Shown here one piece after another: positions 1-13,715 of a stretch of DNA of 64,000 nucleotides. The position numbers and the translations under genes are program-made. Location of the stretch: the NCBI GenBank assembly GCA_964016885.1, contig OZ024741.1:208506001-208570000 (forward strand), given 5' to 3'. The notes beneath the pieces are model-generated. The model ran no database searches and had not been told where the DNA came from. It saw only the letters and a program-made list of their open reading frames with translations. The stretch's first letter is position 1; each line of letters starts with the position of its first letter. The stretch comes from Eledone cirrhosa. Its lineage: Eukaryota.

Positions 1-204
1 ATATTTTTTTTCTTCGTAAATTTTTTAACATGTAAAAAAAAGTTCAAATATTTGGGCCAAAATGCCTAAATATTATACTTTCCCTTTCACGGGGCAAAGT
101 CTAAGGGCTTATATCCCTTACACAACAAGAAATATTTAACAAATAATTTTAACAGGCAAATAAAGCGACTTACTGTGAGCGAGCAAAATACGTCCGCTTA
201 GACC

Positions 205-366
205 AATAATAATAATAATTGTTTCTACTTTTGGCACAAGGCCAGCAATTACCCAGTGTATTACTGGTACTTTATTTTATCGACCCCATAAGGATGAAAG
301 GCAAAGTTAACCTCGGCAGGATTTGAACTCAGACTGTAAAGGGACGTAACTATGCTAGAAAGCATG

Positions 367-367
<1 letters not shown>
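205..367 (-). mobile_element. tRNA-derived SINE family A, 5'-truncated copy with (ATT)n tail
   Basis: Reverse complement matches the full copies at 13896-14082 and 18669-18853 (…GAGTTCAAATCC…GCCTTTCATCCTTAYGGGGTCGATAAAATAAAGTACCAG…GTAGAAACAATTATT). Confidence 0.85.
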
Positions 368-402
<35 letters not shown>

Positions 403-537
403 AGTGTAATTTTCTACACAAAACGAAGGTTATAGAGAAAATTGAGGTTGGTAATGGCACATGGAATATATAAGAGACAGAATACTTTTTTGTGAAAAAA
501 CATAATTTTATAAGGTAAGGAAATAATAAAGGGTATA

Positions 538-585
538 AAAAATGACCGGTTTCGATGGGTCTGCAAAAGCCATCTTTTCAAATGT
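538..585 (-). ncRNA. Minimal type I hammerhead ribozyme motif (U3-A8 variant), inverted pLTR copy
   Basis: Reverse complement of the 2529-2576 motif. Confidence 0.65.
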
Positions 586-815
586 TGATTAATATTAAGA
601 AAAATTAATAATACGAAGAGTTAAAATTTGAGACTTGAAAATTCAAGTATAAAATTCATTGTGGGATTTCATAGCAGTTTTCATCTAGGTAGCAACAACA
701 GGTTGACTGCTGTGTCCCTTTCTGGTAGTGAATGAGAAGTTATTTGGGGTGTGGGTTATTTTATAAAGGTCAGATTTAGCAATCACCAACTGGCCAGCTA
801 CTTAAAGATGTAAAA

Positions 816-1340
816 ATGAAGTCTATTCTTGAAACACACAAGATCCTTAAAAGTAAAAGACAACCCAAATCACTTAAACGCATTCTCACTGGACCAAATA
901 TACCCAAACCAATCCTCAACCCTACAATTACCAAATGTGGTAGAACAAACTGTGGAACGTGCCTCTACCTCACTGAAGGACAAACATTTACATTCAAAGA
1001 TGGCCAAACATTTACAGTAAAAAACAATTTCACCTGCAACTCGGAGAACTTGATTTACGCAATAACTTGCGGTGGGTGCAAACACAACTACATAGGACAG
1101 ACGGGCACCTCATTACGCAAAAGAATGACCATCCACCGCCAACAAATCCGGGACGCTAACACAAGAAAAATCCCCTTGAGCAGCCATATTGCGAACTGCG
1201 CAGGAATGACACTACCCAACTTTAAAATCTTCCCCTTCTACAAGTGCTCAGATTCGTTCACACAGCAACAAAGAATAAACAAAGAAAATCTATTCCTTAA
1301 CAAATTTAAACCAAAACTAAACGGGTTATCACCCCAATAG
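816..1340 (+). CDS. PLE GIY-YIG endonuclease domain (C-terminal part of the RT-EN polyprotein; RT missing)
   Basis: Cys-rich linker CGRTNCGTC, then FTCNSENLIYAITCGGCKHNYIGQTGTSLRKRMTIHR (LIY…YIG, catalytic R/H) and C-terminal KE…KPKLN. Confidence 0.85.
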   Translation: MKSILETHKILKSKRQPKSLKRILTGPNIPKPILNPTITKCGRTNCGTCLYLTEGQTFTFKDGQTFTVKNNFTCNSENLIYAITCGGCKHNYIGQTGTSLRKRMTIHRQQIRDANTRKIPLSSHIANCAGMTLPNFKIFPFYKCSDSFTQQQRINKENLFLNKFKPKLNGLSPQ

Positions 1341-1629
1341 AATTGTCATAAAATATAAACACACATACGCACGGAATCACTACTATTAAAGACCAGAGAC
1401 CAATTCTGTAGAATCAGGTTTATTCATTGACAGACCATGCCTTTGTGTGACCAACACATCCATGTTAAACCCTGCACGTGCACACACATATATCTATATA
1501 TATATGCGCACACAGAATTCACCACTGTCGGTTGCGGGGCCCAATCTACATGAAGAACTCAATGTGATCAGAATGACTTGTATTTTAATTTCACTGCCCC
1601 AACTTCTTATATTATGGAAAAAATATATG

Positions 1630-1743
1630 TGTCTGTATGTATATATATATATATATATTTGAAGGCCATTTCTCTGTGTGTGGGTGTATGTATGTGTATA
1701 TGTGTGTGTGTGTGTATGTGTGTGCATGTGGATGTATGTATTG

Positions 1744-1782
<39 letters not shown>

Positions 1783-2023
1783 GGGTATCTGGATGTATGC
1801 GTATGTGTATATATATATATATATGCGTGTGTGTGTGTATATATATGTGTGTGTATGTTTGTATGTGTGTATGTATATATATATGTGTGTGTGCGTGTAT
1901 GTATGTGTGGGTGTGTGTGTGTATATATATATATATATTTATAAATATATATGTGTATATATATATGTGTGTGTGTGTGTGGGTATGTATGTGTGTATCT
2001 GGATGTATGTGTATGTATATATA

Positions 2024-2074
<51 letters not shown>

Positions 2075-2216
2075 ATGTGTATATATGTGTGTGTGTGTAT
2101 GTGTGTATGTATATGTATGTGTGTGTGTATGTATGTGTGTATATGTATATATATATATATATATATGTATATGTATATGTATGTATGTGTGGATGAAGGT
2201 ATGTGTGTATATATAG
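1630..2216. repeat. Compound (GT)n/(AT)n/(GTAT)n microsatellite inside the PLE 3' region
   Basis: Direct reading; source of the spurious Y/I/H/T/V/C ORFs. Confidence 0.95.
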
Positions 2217-2528
2217 GTGTAAGTGCACTAAATCCCTTTCTATCACGCTCCACTCTCCTACCCACCACAGGAAGATATGTGTATGTATATTGCTTCCACC
2301 CCCTCACTGACCAGCAGCTGGCCAGTTGGTGATTGCTAAATCTGACCTTTATAAAATAACCCACACCCCAAATAACTTCTCATTCACTACCAGAAAGGGA
2401 CACAGCAGTCAACCTGTTGTTGCTACCTAGATGAAAACTGCTATGAAATCCCACAATGAATTTTATACTTGAATTTTCAAGTCTCAAATTTTAACTCTTC
2501 GTATTATTAATTTTTCTTAATATTAATC

Positions 2529-2576
2529 AACATTTGAAAAGATGGCTTTTGCAGACCCATCGAAACCGGTCATTTT
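2529..2576 (+). ncRNA. Minimal type I hammerhead ribozyme motif (U3-A8 variant)
   Basis: AACAT-TTGAAAA-GATGG(cttttgcagac)CCATC-GAAAC-CG-GTC-ATTTT: 5-bp stem II, palindromic ACCGGT stem III, GUC cleavage triplet. Confidence 0.7.
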
Positions 2577-2676
2577 TTATACCCTTTATTATTTCCTTAC
2601 CTTATAAAATTATGTTTTTTCACAAAAAAGTATTCTGTCTCTTATATATTCCATGTGCCATTACCAACCTCAATTT

Positions 2677-2751
<75 letters not shown>

Positions 2752-2760
2752 ACTTACGAA

Positions 2761-2833
2761 TAATAATAATAATAATAATTGTTTCTACTTTAGGCACAAG
2801 GCGAGCAATTACCCAGTGCATTACTGGTACTTT
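2761..2833 (-). mobile_element. SINE family A 3' fragment with (ATT)n tail
   Basis: Matches the 3' 55 nt of the other family A copies. Confidence 0.75.
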
Positions 2834-2843
2834 AATAATAATA

Positions 2844-5800
2844 AGCAACAAGTCGAAAGATAATAGAACAGAACACAGACAAAAACAAATCCAACAACAA
2901 CAACAAATTTCAAAAGTTTTGAACGCAACAATCCCTACTTCCCACGTGGCTCAAATCAAAAACAGCAGCAGCAAAGACAACAACAACACGAGTAACCGAT
3001 GTTACTGGCCTTGAAAAACGAAAAACGCAAAGGAAAAAAAAAAAGCAAACAAAAAAAACTAAGTCAGACATTCAAACATTACAATGAAACTTATGTTTAT
3101 CTTTTTAAGTTTTCATCTATCTATTTGTTCATTTATTTATGTTCGTCTACAGCGTGATGGTGCCACATTAAAATCACCGGGGGTGATGAAATCACTGAGG
3201 GTGATGAAATCACCGGTGGTTATGTAACCATACATTCACCAATCCTCGATATGAGTGTTTAAATGTCGAACCTAAACAGTTCGAATAACGGTGAAGTGGA
3301 GACTGGAACGTCATGTGACAGACTCTCACCCAGCAAGTGCACCCTGGCCCAGCAACAGGGACCTGGCTGTCATCCAAATACTGCTGGTGTTTGAAGACGA
3401 AGAAGAAAGAAAGGGACAAGAACCAACTGGACGAAAGAATTGAATAGAACTGTCATGGAATGTAACCTGAAGAGTAACCCCAAGGAAAAAGGCTATAGGA
3501 AACGGATGCATAACATCTGGAACGAGATTGGTCTATTTAAATCAGATGAACAAAAATTGGCCGGGCAGGCTGGGGTAATAAGAACTAATGGATGGATAAG
3601 CGAGTTGGAACTGGAGTAACTGAGCAAAGATTAGGTTAGAAATGGAGAGTGGAGTATGCCAGACAAACGAGCCAGTGGGAAATGAAGGTGAAGAGGTTGA
3701 GAGACCTGAGTAAGCATCCGAAGCAAACAATGATCTGAATGCTGAAATAAATAACATCTCGAACAAAGATACGGCCATTGAGGAAATGCTAACGGGCTAG
3801 GACAAGATTTGGTTGATATCCTAAACTTAGTGGTAGATGAAATGAACAATGATAGTGGGAAACCTATGAACCTAAGATTTGTAGAGAGGAAAAAGTTAAA
3901 AGAAACAACAGCTAAGGTAAACAAAGTCATCCCATACTTTGAGGCGAGGAGCCTTCACCAATACAACAATATCCTCAAAGCAACAGCAAATGCGGTGAGG
4001 AAATTACTTGGCATAAAAACGAGAGGAAACAACAAACAAGAAAGATCAGTACCTTGGTGAAAGAAACGACTGAATGGTCAGATCAAGGAAATGAGAAATA
4101 ACATTGGAAAGCTTGAGTCCCTACTGAATGAGACACTAAAAAACATAGACACTAAAAATAGACTGGAAATAAAGTACAAAACTAGGAGGGAAAAGGTAAA
4201 TATCATCAAAGAGGAACTGAAGCAACGCATTGTAGCAAAGAGTGCAAAGATTAGGCGGTATGAGAGCAGAGTCACTCAGTATAGAAAGAACTGCTTGTTT
4301 GACAACAACCAGAAGATGTTGTTTGGACAGCTTGAAGGGAAAGAAAGAAGCAACGACTTGATCCCTGAGGCGGAACAGACTAAGACATTCTGGAGAGGAA
4401 TATGGGAGCAGGATGTTAAACATAATGACCAGGCAGTGTGGATTGAGACAGTACAAAAGGAGATTAGTGAACAGGCACACCAACAAACTGATGTGAGTAT
4501 CAAAGTTGAAACTCTTAAAGGGCAGGCCCAAAAAACTAACCAACTGGAAATTACCAGGCCCAGATGGTGTGCAGGGGTATTGGATCAAACATATAACGTC
4601 TCTCCACCCGAAACTGACAACCATGTTCAATGACTGCTTGATGTCGGGTGAGGTACCAGAGTGGTTGACAAAAGGTACCACAGTTCTGGTAATGAAAGAC
4701 CGAACCAAGGGTAATGATGTTACCAACTATAAACATATCACATGTCTGTCCGTAATGTGGAAACTGTTGACAAGCATTGTGTCTGAGGAAATCTACCATC
4801 ACCTCCACACAAACAACTTGTTACCGGACGAACAGAAAGGATGCCGAAAGAAGTCCCGTGGTACAAAGGACCAGTTACTTATTGATAAGATGGTAATGAG
4901 GAATTGCAAGAGGAGACACACTGGTCTTGCCATGGGATGGATAGATTACAAAAAGGCATTCGACATGGTACCTCATTCTTGGATAACCAAAAGCCTAGAG
5001 ATCTTCAAGGTAGCAGATAACATCAGACAGTGGTTGAGCAAAAGTATGAAGTCCTGGGAAACAGAGTTAACATCAGCTGCAGAATCCTTGGGAGGCGTGA
5101 AGATCAGGAGAGATATTTTCCAGGGAGATAGCCCCCCCCCCCCACACACACACATGTTGTTTGTCCTTGCCCTAATATCCCTGACCATTATACTGCGAAA
5201 AGTGAGAGCAGGATACAAGTTGGGAAAACGAGAGCTTACCATCAACCACCTCCTCTTCATGGACGATGTTAAACTCTTTGGGAAGAGTGAGAAGGAGTTA
5301 GATGTACTTGTTGACACTGTCCGTATTTTCAGCAATGATATATGTATGCAATTTGGTATTAATAAGTATGGAGTCCTAGTGATGAAAAGGGGTAAATTGA
5401 TCAGAAGCAACTGAATCCAGGTACCAACAGGTGAGATGATAAAGTAAATTGACACTGAAGAAGGATACAAATATGTAGGTGTTCTGGAGGCAGATGACAT
5501 CAAGAACAAAAAAAATGAAGGAATCGATAAGCTCTGAATACATTAGGAGCGTAAGGAGCGTATTAAAATCACATCTAAATAGTAGGAATGCCATAAGTGC
5601 AGTAAATTCCCGAGCTGTGTCTATTATTAGTTACAGTGCGGGAATTCTGAGATGGAATGTTGCTGAACAAAAAGAAATGGATAGGAATACTAGGAAGCTA
5701 TTGACAATCTACAACATGTTCCACAAGAGGAGTGATGTCGATAGACTCTACTTAAGGAGATCTGAAGGTGGAAGAGGTCTTATCAGCATAGAGGACTGTG

Positions 5801-6772
5801 TTCAGATGGAGAAAAACAACCTACACAAATATGCGACTGATAGTAGGGAGCCAATGCTCAGAATTGTATTGAAGGAGAGGACAATAGACGAGGGGATGTC
5901 CAAGGAGGAAATAACAATAAGGAGAAAGAGCAACCTTCATGAGAAATCCCTTTATAGTAACTTCTTTGAGAAACTGAATTCAGAGATCCACAGACATAGA
6001 ACTGGTTGAAAAGAGGAGACCTTAAAAAGGCTACAGAAGGAATGTTAATGGCTGCGCAAGAGCAGGCTCTCAAAACGAAGTGGCTGAAATACCATATTTA
6101 CAAGGAGGAGGCTACCCACTGTGTAGGATCTGTGGAGAGAGGAGACTGTGGCTCACATTGTATCCGAGTGTAAACACCTAGCCCAGACTCACTATAAAGG
6201 CTGGTGACATGATGTGATGGGCAGGGTGATCCACTGGCACCTATGCAAAGTAAACAATTTACCACATTCTGAGAAGTGGTATGAGCATAAGCCAGAGTCG
6301 GTGTTGGAAAACGATCAGGTGAAGGTGCTGTGGGATTTTAGGATACAGACGGACAAGAAACTGGAACACAATAGACCTGACCTGATGGTTTTGGACAAGG
6401 GAAAAAGATCGTGTCTGATTGTGGATGTAACCTTCCCATTCGACACGAAAATGCAAGAGAAGGAGACAGAGAAAATTAACCGATACCAGGACTTAAAGTG
6501 GGAGGTAAAAAGGAAAAAAGGATTTGGAACTGCCATGAAGTCAAAGTGGTCCCGATTGTCATAGGTGCACTAGGTATTATCTCAAAGAGTTTCCAAGTAT
6601 GGTTAAAGAAAATTGGTCGCGCCCCGCTTTTTGGAACACTTCAAAAGGCATGCTTGCTGGGAACAGCAAGAACTCTCCGATACGTCCTGAATATCTGAGG
6701 CTGCAGGTAGTGGCTTGATATTCATTTCAACAAACTTTCCAGTTAACTAACATCAATGACTGAGACTCAAAG
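2844..6772 (+). mobile_element. R4/Dong-clade non-LTR retrotransposon (RT + restriction-like endonuclease), near full length, decayed
   Basis: N-terminal WTKELN…VMEC…GYRKRMHNIW…EQKLAGQA domain (~3425-3620); RT motifs PGPDG, QKGC, WIDYKKAFDMVPH, IFQGDS, HLLFMDDVKL (4506-5414); CCHC finger CRIC…ETVAHIVSEC (~6120-6175); RLE RPDL…VDV…E.K…Y (6214-6500); multiple stops and frameshifts; bounded by (TAA)n at 2833-2843 and 6772-6793. The 5' boundary is approximate. Confidence 0.85.
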
Positions 6773-6793
6773 AATAATAATAATAATAATAAT

Positions 6794-7158
6794 GATTTCA
6801 TTTATTAACCACAAGGGCCGACATGTAGGGGACAATACAAAGACAGGGACAGTGGGGGTTTACATTAAGGTCGAGTAAAAGTGCACAATGGCAAGACTAA
6901 TTTAACAATGAAAATATAAAAATATAAAATAAACTATGCATAAATATAACAAAATAAATTCCCCGATAGGGCGTGGACGACCCTGGGGTGACTCGGGTAC
7001 CCCACCAATCCTGAACCACCTTGCGCTTCTAGGGCACCCAGGGAGAGCACCCCTCTCCTCAAGTTAGCTAGCCTATAGGCGCATGGTCAGAGTAGGCCCA
7101 TTCACACGAGCCATTCTCGTCACATTCACCCACATTTTCGCAAATGTACTACAAGATA
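6794..7158 (-). mobile_element. Tx1-like L1-clade element, short 3' fragment
   Basis: Minus strand encodes the …WVNVTRMARVNGPTL C-terminus and ends CCTTGTGGTTAATAAATGAAATC-(ATT)n like the other copies. Confidence 0.75.
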
Positions 7159-7159
7159 A

Positions 7160-7272
7160 GTCCTGAATATCTGAGGCTGCAGGTAGTGGCTTGATATTCA
7201 TTTCAACAAACTTTCCAGTTAAATAACATCAATGACTGAGACTCAAAGAACAATAATAATAATAATAATAAT
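7160..7272 (+). mobile_element. Second, heavily 5'-truncated copy of the R4/Dong element (3' UTR + (TAA)n)
   Basis: 7160-7250 is nearly identical to 6684-6774. Confidence 0.9.
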
Positions 7273-8478
7273 GATTTCTTTATTGGCCACAAGGGCTGAC
7301 ATCAAGAAAAACATTACAGATGGCACAGGACGGTACGATGTGGGTTTTGTGCGTGTAAAGATTTTTATTATTTATATAAGAAAAGAAAAAATACAGAAAC
7401 ATATATATATATAAACAATAAACATGAAAATTGAAACATTGAATAATTCCCCAATAGGGGGGAAACCTCCGAGCGTTACTTGTGGCGAAAACCACACAAA
7501 ATACCACGGCCACTCTGACCACCAGGGCAAGCGCCCCCTCTCAATGTTTCCATTTCTCAAACTACAAGCGTATATTCACAGCGGTCCAGTTCACTCGGAC
7601 CATTCTCGCTATAGTCACCCACCTTTCAACAAACTTACTAGAAGGCAGCACTTGCCTCTCCACCCTGATTTTCCTCTTCAAGTGAAACTTGAAAAAGTTA
7701 ATTAGGGATTCGCCGAAGAGGAAAGTGTCTGTCTTTAACCCTTTTAACCTTGTCCACCATACAATCTCTTTCGCCATGATCACCAGGCAGCTGAAAACCG
7801 CCTGCCCTTCCTCCTCGAAGGAAGACGGCGAGACCAACTGCACAATGGACTCAGTCGATAATCGGATCAGTCCTACACGCGACAGCAACTATTCGACATA
7901 GCTCCACAAGTCAGTAATGCTCGGGCACGGAACGAGTGCGTGCACGACGGTTCGTCGCTCTGCGCGCATCTCGGACAGGCTCGGCTGACGGCACTTCCGT
8001 ACCTGTAGAGCTCGAACCAGCAACGCTCCCCGGTAGCACTGCCAGGCCAGATATTTTTGGAAGTTATCTATAGGCCGTGGGCTGAAAGTTCTCCGGAAGA
8101 GAGCAAACAGCTGATCTTCTTCGACGCCCAGGATCTCTCCGAGAACGTCGTCGCTCTTCCCCTCCACTAGTCCTCTATGGATTTTCCCCCGATACTGGTG
8201 CCCAGCTGGCAGAGGGCAGTGAGCGCCTGGAGATATTCCAGTTTCCAAGCGCTATCCCTCGGTCTTTTCCTGACCCAGGACTGCAGCTCCGTCAAGGAGG
8301 CGAGCTGTGGGAAAACATGCCTGGCGAACGGCGACCACACCTGTTCACCGTCAAGGAAGCACCAGAGATGTCGTAGCCTCAGAGCATGTTTGCGCATCAT
8401 CAGCCATGGCATGCCCAGTCCTCCACGCAACGGGTGTTGACAGCAGATGGATCGTCTGACCATGGGAGCGCGTTTCTT
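7273..8478 (-). mobile_element. Tx1-like L1-clade element, 5'-truncated 1.2 kb
   Basis: ORF2 C-terminal peptides (MVRRSICCQHPLRGGLGMPWL, DNFQKYLAWQCYRGAL, KRKIRVERQVL) closely match 30119-31060; polyA signal plus (ATT)n tail; TAATAATAA at the 5' junction. Confidence 0.88.
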
Positions 8479-8489
8479 TTATTATAATA

Positions 8490-9640
8490 ATAATGTGTTA
8501 AAGCTTACTATAAGAAAAGGCAATATAATGAGAACTAGGCATATCAAATTAGACATAGACACGGAAACCAGAGTGTTAGACAACAATTGCCTATACAAAT
8601 ATTCAGTAATAGATGAAGCTGATAAAATGCAACATAGAGAATTGAAGGGAACACTAGGTAAGAATACTACAGAAGAGTGTGATAATTATTAAAAACTGCA
8701 GCCAATGTTAGAAATAAGATAATTATTATAAATACACTAGACATCCCATTTATACACTGCAGTTTCAACACCGTAAACTAAAAGTTAAAGTAAATTGAAG
8801 AGTTTAGATATAGAAACTAGGAAAATATCGATAGAGTTCCGAAGCTACGTCAACAGAGCAGTTGTAGATAAAATATGCCTACCCGGCACTCATAAATGGT
8901 GATATTTGATATAAATAGAAAGCATCTACAAAATACGAGCAATAAAGCTATAAAAATACTTAGAAGCAAGCCATAAGAAAGAAAGACAAACAAAAATAAC
9001 AGAATAATTGCTCTCCATTGTCGAAGGCATAGCTAGGCATTGAATGAGTTCGCTTCGCAACCACGTGGTTGCGTGCTCAGTCACTTTACGTAGCAAATAG
9101 AAATCGATAAAATAAATGCCAGACTCGAAATTAATATCTTCTCTGATTAATATGATCTACTAAATCCCCAGTATTACCTCAGTAATTGAAACAAATAAAG
9201 ATGAAATGACAAAAGAGCACATAAAGAAACGTTAAAGTACTACAAATTAATTACTAATCTACAAGATTTAAGTAACGACAAATTCACCACAAAAATTAGA
9301 AAATATAAAGTGAAATCAAAATGGAATTCAGAATTATACAGAAGAAAAATTGGAGATAAAAACCACTCCATGGTCAATATGTTGCGAGGAAATGAACTAA
9401 AGATGGCTCGAAAATAAGGTCTTCATAAGGACTAGCCATAAACAACTACAAAATTATACGTGACAACAAGACCATCATCAGACATATCTATTCAAATTTA
9501 CACGATCAGAGCAAAGTGTCCAGATATAATAATCGAGAACAGGCAAGTTGTTATCTATATGTGTTCCAATTCAATTGGATTAGACCTCAACACCTACAAG
9601 CTCTGCAACAATGAAACAGAGGAGAATAGTGAAAAACATT
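8490..9640 (+). pseudogene. Ancient R4/Dong-like RT-RLE remnant
   Basis: Degenerate peptides collinear with 5400-6500: YKY (YKYLG-like), RAVVDKICLP (DVDRLYL-like), KPLHGQY, CPDIII (RPDL-like). Confidence 0.55.
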
Positions 9641-9719
9641 GAGGAGTGAGTGTGCGTTGGGAAACGGTTCCGTTAAGTGTGCGTTTACTTTGAACACCGA
9701 AAACCTACTCTTGTACATT

Positions 9720-10080
9720 GTATCAATCCAGTTTCTGAAGCCTTAAGAAAGCCGTTAGACACTGATGATCAGTCCAGTTGGAAACGCTAAAGTGACTCAC
9801 ATTGATAAGCTGCCGACTAAAGCCTGGTTTTTTCAATAACGATTCTTTCAAACATGTATCGCATGAAGTGTATGGTATCGTGAAAAGATCTGCCAGGAAA
9901 CAAATAATTGTATGCGTCTCCAACTAAGCTACGGAAAAAAGATTTCGACTCCTTCAACCCTGTATTTAGTATAGTTATAGACCTGAAGATGTTTATCACG
10001 TTTCCATTCTTCAAAACGTTCAGAACTGTCCCCACACATCGGCTTATACAACTGTGAATGTCCCCAAACGGCTGTTAGTT
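9720..10080 (-). pseudogene. Very old Tx1-like RT fragment
   Basis: NIFRSITILNT and LVGDAYNYLFPGRSFHDTIHFMRYMFERI align by eye to NFRPITLLNT and LVGEAQTCAIPDRSIHDNLHLMRYIIERV of the younger copies. Confidence 0.7.
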
Positions 10081-10573
10081 GCAGTAAGCAGCTGACAAGA
10101 CAGTAGCGAACAAGTTTGGGATGTAACAATAAAATTAGTAGGGGAGACGATTCAGTCACAATGACGTAAAAACCGCCCAACTCATCTGTGGCTTCGTCTA
10201 CTGAAGTTGGCTTTTGGCAACACTGTGGCTGGTTCATATATTTATATAAATATATATGTGCGCGTGTGTGTGTGTGTGATAAACTTATGAAAATCAACAA
10301 AGAGAGTACAAGACAACGAACGAAAACAAGAAAAAACGAAAAACAATGTGTTGAGGGGAAATCTTTAAAAATTATTTTTGTAAATGAAAGTACAAACAAA
10401 AGACACAGAACTCCAGAGTCATCGGCTGATAAGATGGACTTTAGCATTTCGACCCGTACAAACGGTACTGCTGGCCAGCCCGGGGTCACAGCGTCTGACA
10501 CAAGTCAAAACACTTTTCTATGGAGTAAGAGGCGAGACAAAACAGCAACTTATAGCAATTACATATATAAATA

Positions 10574-10653
<80 letters not shown>

Positions 10654-10858
10654 TTAAAACAATTAAATTAAAAGTCAAGTTATTAGAAATATACTTCACT
10701 GCATCACGATCGTTTCTAGGTGATGATAATACATTGTAACTATACTTCGTTTTCGATCTATGTAAGGTTAGTTACAAAATATCAGATAAAGAGAATATTT
10801 ATTTACATGCATATCACCAGCTGTTGTTATATATATATATATATATATATATAAATTC

Positions 10859-12783
<1,925 letters not shown>

Positions 12784-12798
12784 TATATATATATATTG

Positions 12799-13343
12799 AT
12801 GACGGACGTCTTCTCGCTCTAATTTTATTCATATGTATCCCATTTGCAACAACGCAGCACGCCATTTTTCAATTATATTTTTCCCTCCGTTGTGACCAGT
12901 CTGTTTCTGTCTTACTGCTATCCCCCTTCTCTCCCCCTGTAACTCTCACCTTCATTTCACCCCTTTCTGCCAGTCAATCTCTCTCAGCTGGCCTCTTCCT
13001 CACACTTTCGCCCACTCACTCTCTGCTACTCTCCCTCTCACTTCCTCCCGTCAGACCTGTGTGAAATCCTTTTCTCGCTTACATCTCACACGGCTCGGAC
13101 GCGTCTGTGTCTCTCCTCGCCCATGATTCATCGAACTTAAGTTCATAGATATCACGGACTTGTTTCTTCTCTTCCTCTCTTTCCGTCGCAATACCATCTC
13201 TGTTTGTTTACATGTCTCGCTCGCTTTACCCTATTCTACGTGTCCCAATAACTTTTTTTAGTTATTTCTTGCACCAACCAGAGGTATATGATCTTTAATG
13301 CGAAGAAATACCAATGACGGACGTCTTCTCGCTCTAATTTTAT
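12799..13343 (+). repeat. Pyrimidine-rich element bounded by a 30-bp direct repeat
   Basis: ATGACGGACGTCTTCTCGCTCTAATTTTAT at 12799-12828 and 13314-13343; (TA)n on both sides. Confidence 0.7.
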
Positions 13344-13360
13344 ATATATATATATATATA

Positions 13361-13537
13361 TTCTATTCTAGGGCGGGTAAAATTCCCGAGATCCATGGAC
13401 GAGTTCTCTCCAACGGTCTCTGTCCCTCATTAGCGCTGCCATGTCCTGCGTCTCCAACAGACCAGTGTCTGCCTTAGGGCATCAACATACGTTAACCTTC
13501 GTCTTCCTCTTCCAGTGTGTCCATGTAGGGGCTCCCA
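13361..13537 (-). mobile_element. RTE-clade LINE 3' fragment
   Basis: Minus strand gives EPLHGHTGRGRRRLTYVDA…MRDRDRWRELVHG, the typical RTE ORF C-terminus (GRP…W…DR..WR). Confidence 0.6.
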
Positions 13538-13599
13538 CATATATATATATATACAGAGGGTCAAGGCGTGTGTGAGTGACAAGTGTGGCGATACGTATG

Positions 13600-13715
13600 T
13601 ATGTAAAAGGTAAACAGAAATGACAACACAATCGGTACAGTATATGAAAGGGATATATTAGGTTAATGCTTAACGTTTCGGACGCTAGTCCTTCAGAAGA
13701 AAGAATGAGAAAGAA
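13600..13715 (-). mobile_element. PLE-type pseudo-LTR copy with degenerate HHR
   Basis: Minus strand TTCTGAAGGACTAGCGTCCGAAACGTTAA; 3-nt core deletion relative to the 12152 copy. Confidence 0.6.

Larger units (their letters stand above)
433..2682 (+). mobile_element. 5'-truncated Penelope-like element (Neptune-like, tentative) with inverted pseudo-LTR, inserted in (TA)n
   Basis: 433-799 is the near-perfect reverse complement of about 2316-2682; a GIY-YIG ORF lies between them; both repeats contain an HHR motif; (TA)n on both flanks. Confidence 0.88.

Noticed and set aside
1494-2364. YIYI/HTHT/VCVC ORFs here and at ~14.1, 17.0-17.5, 18.0-18.5, 20.3-20.8, 23.0-23.4 and 29.4 kb
   Set aside because: Translations of (AT)n and (GT)n microsatellites.
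9755-9800. CTGATGA…GAAAC hammerhead-like string
   Set aside because: Weak stem II, GUG at the cleavage position, no stem I; it is the antisense of a decayed Tx1 RT segment.
10435-10480. Minus-strand hairpin plus CGAAATGCTA resembling an HHR 3' half
   Set aside because: No CUGANGA-like core upstream; at best a truncated relic.
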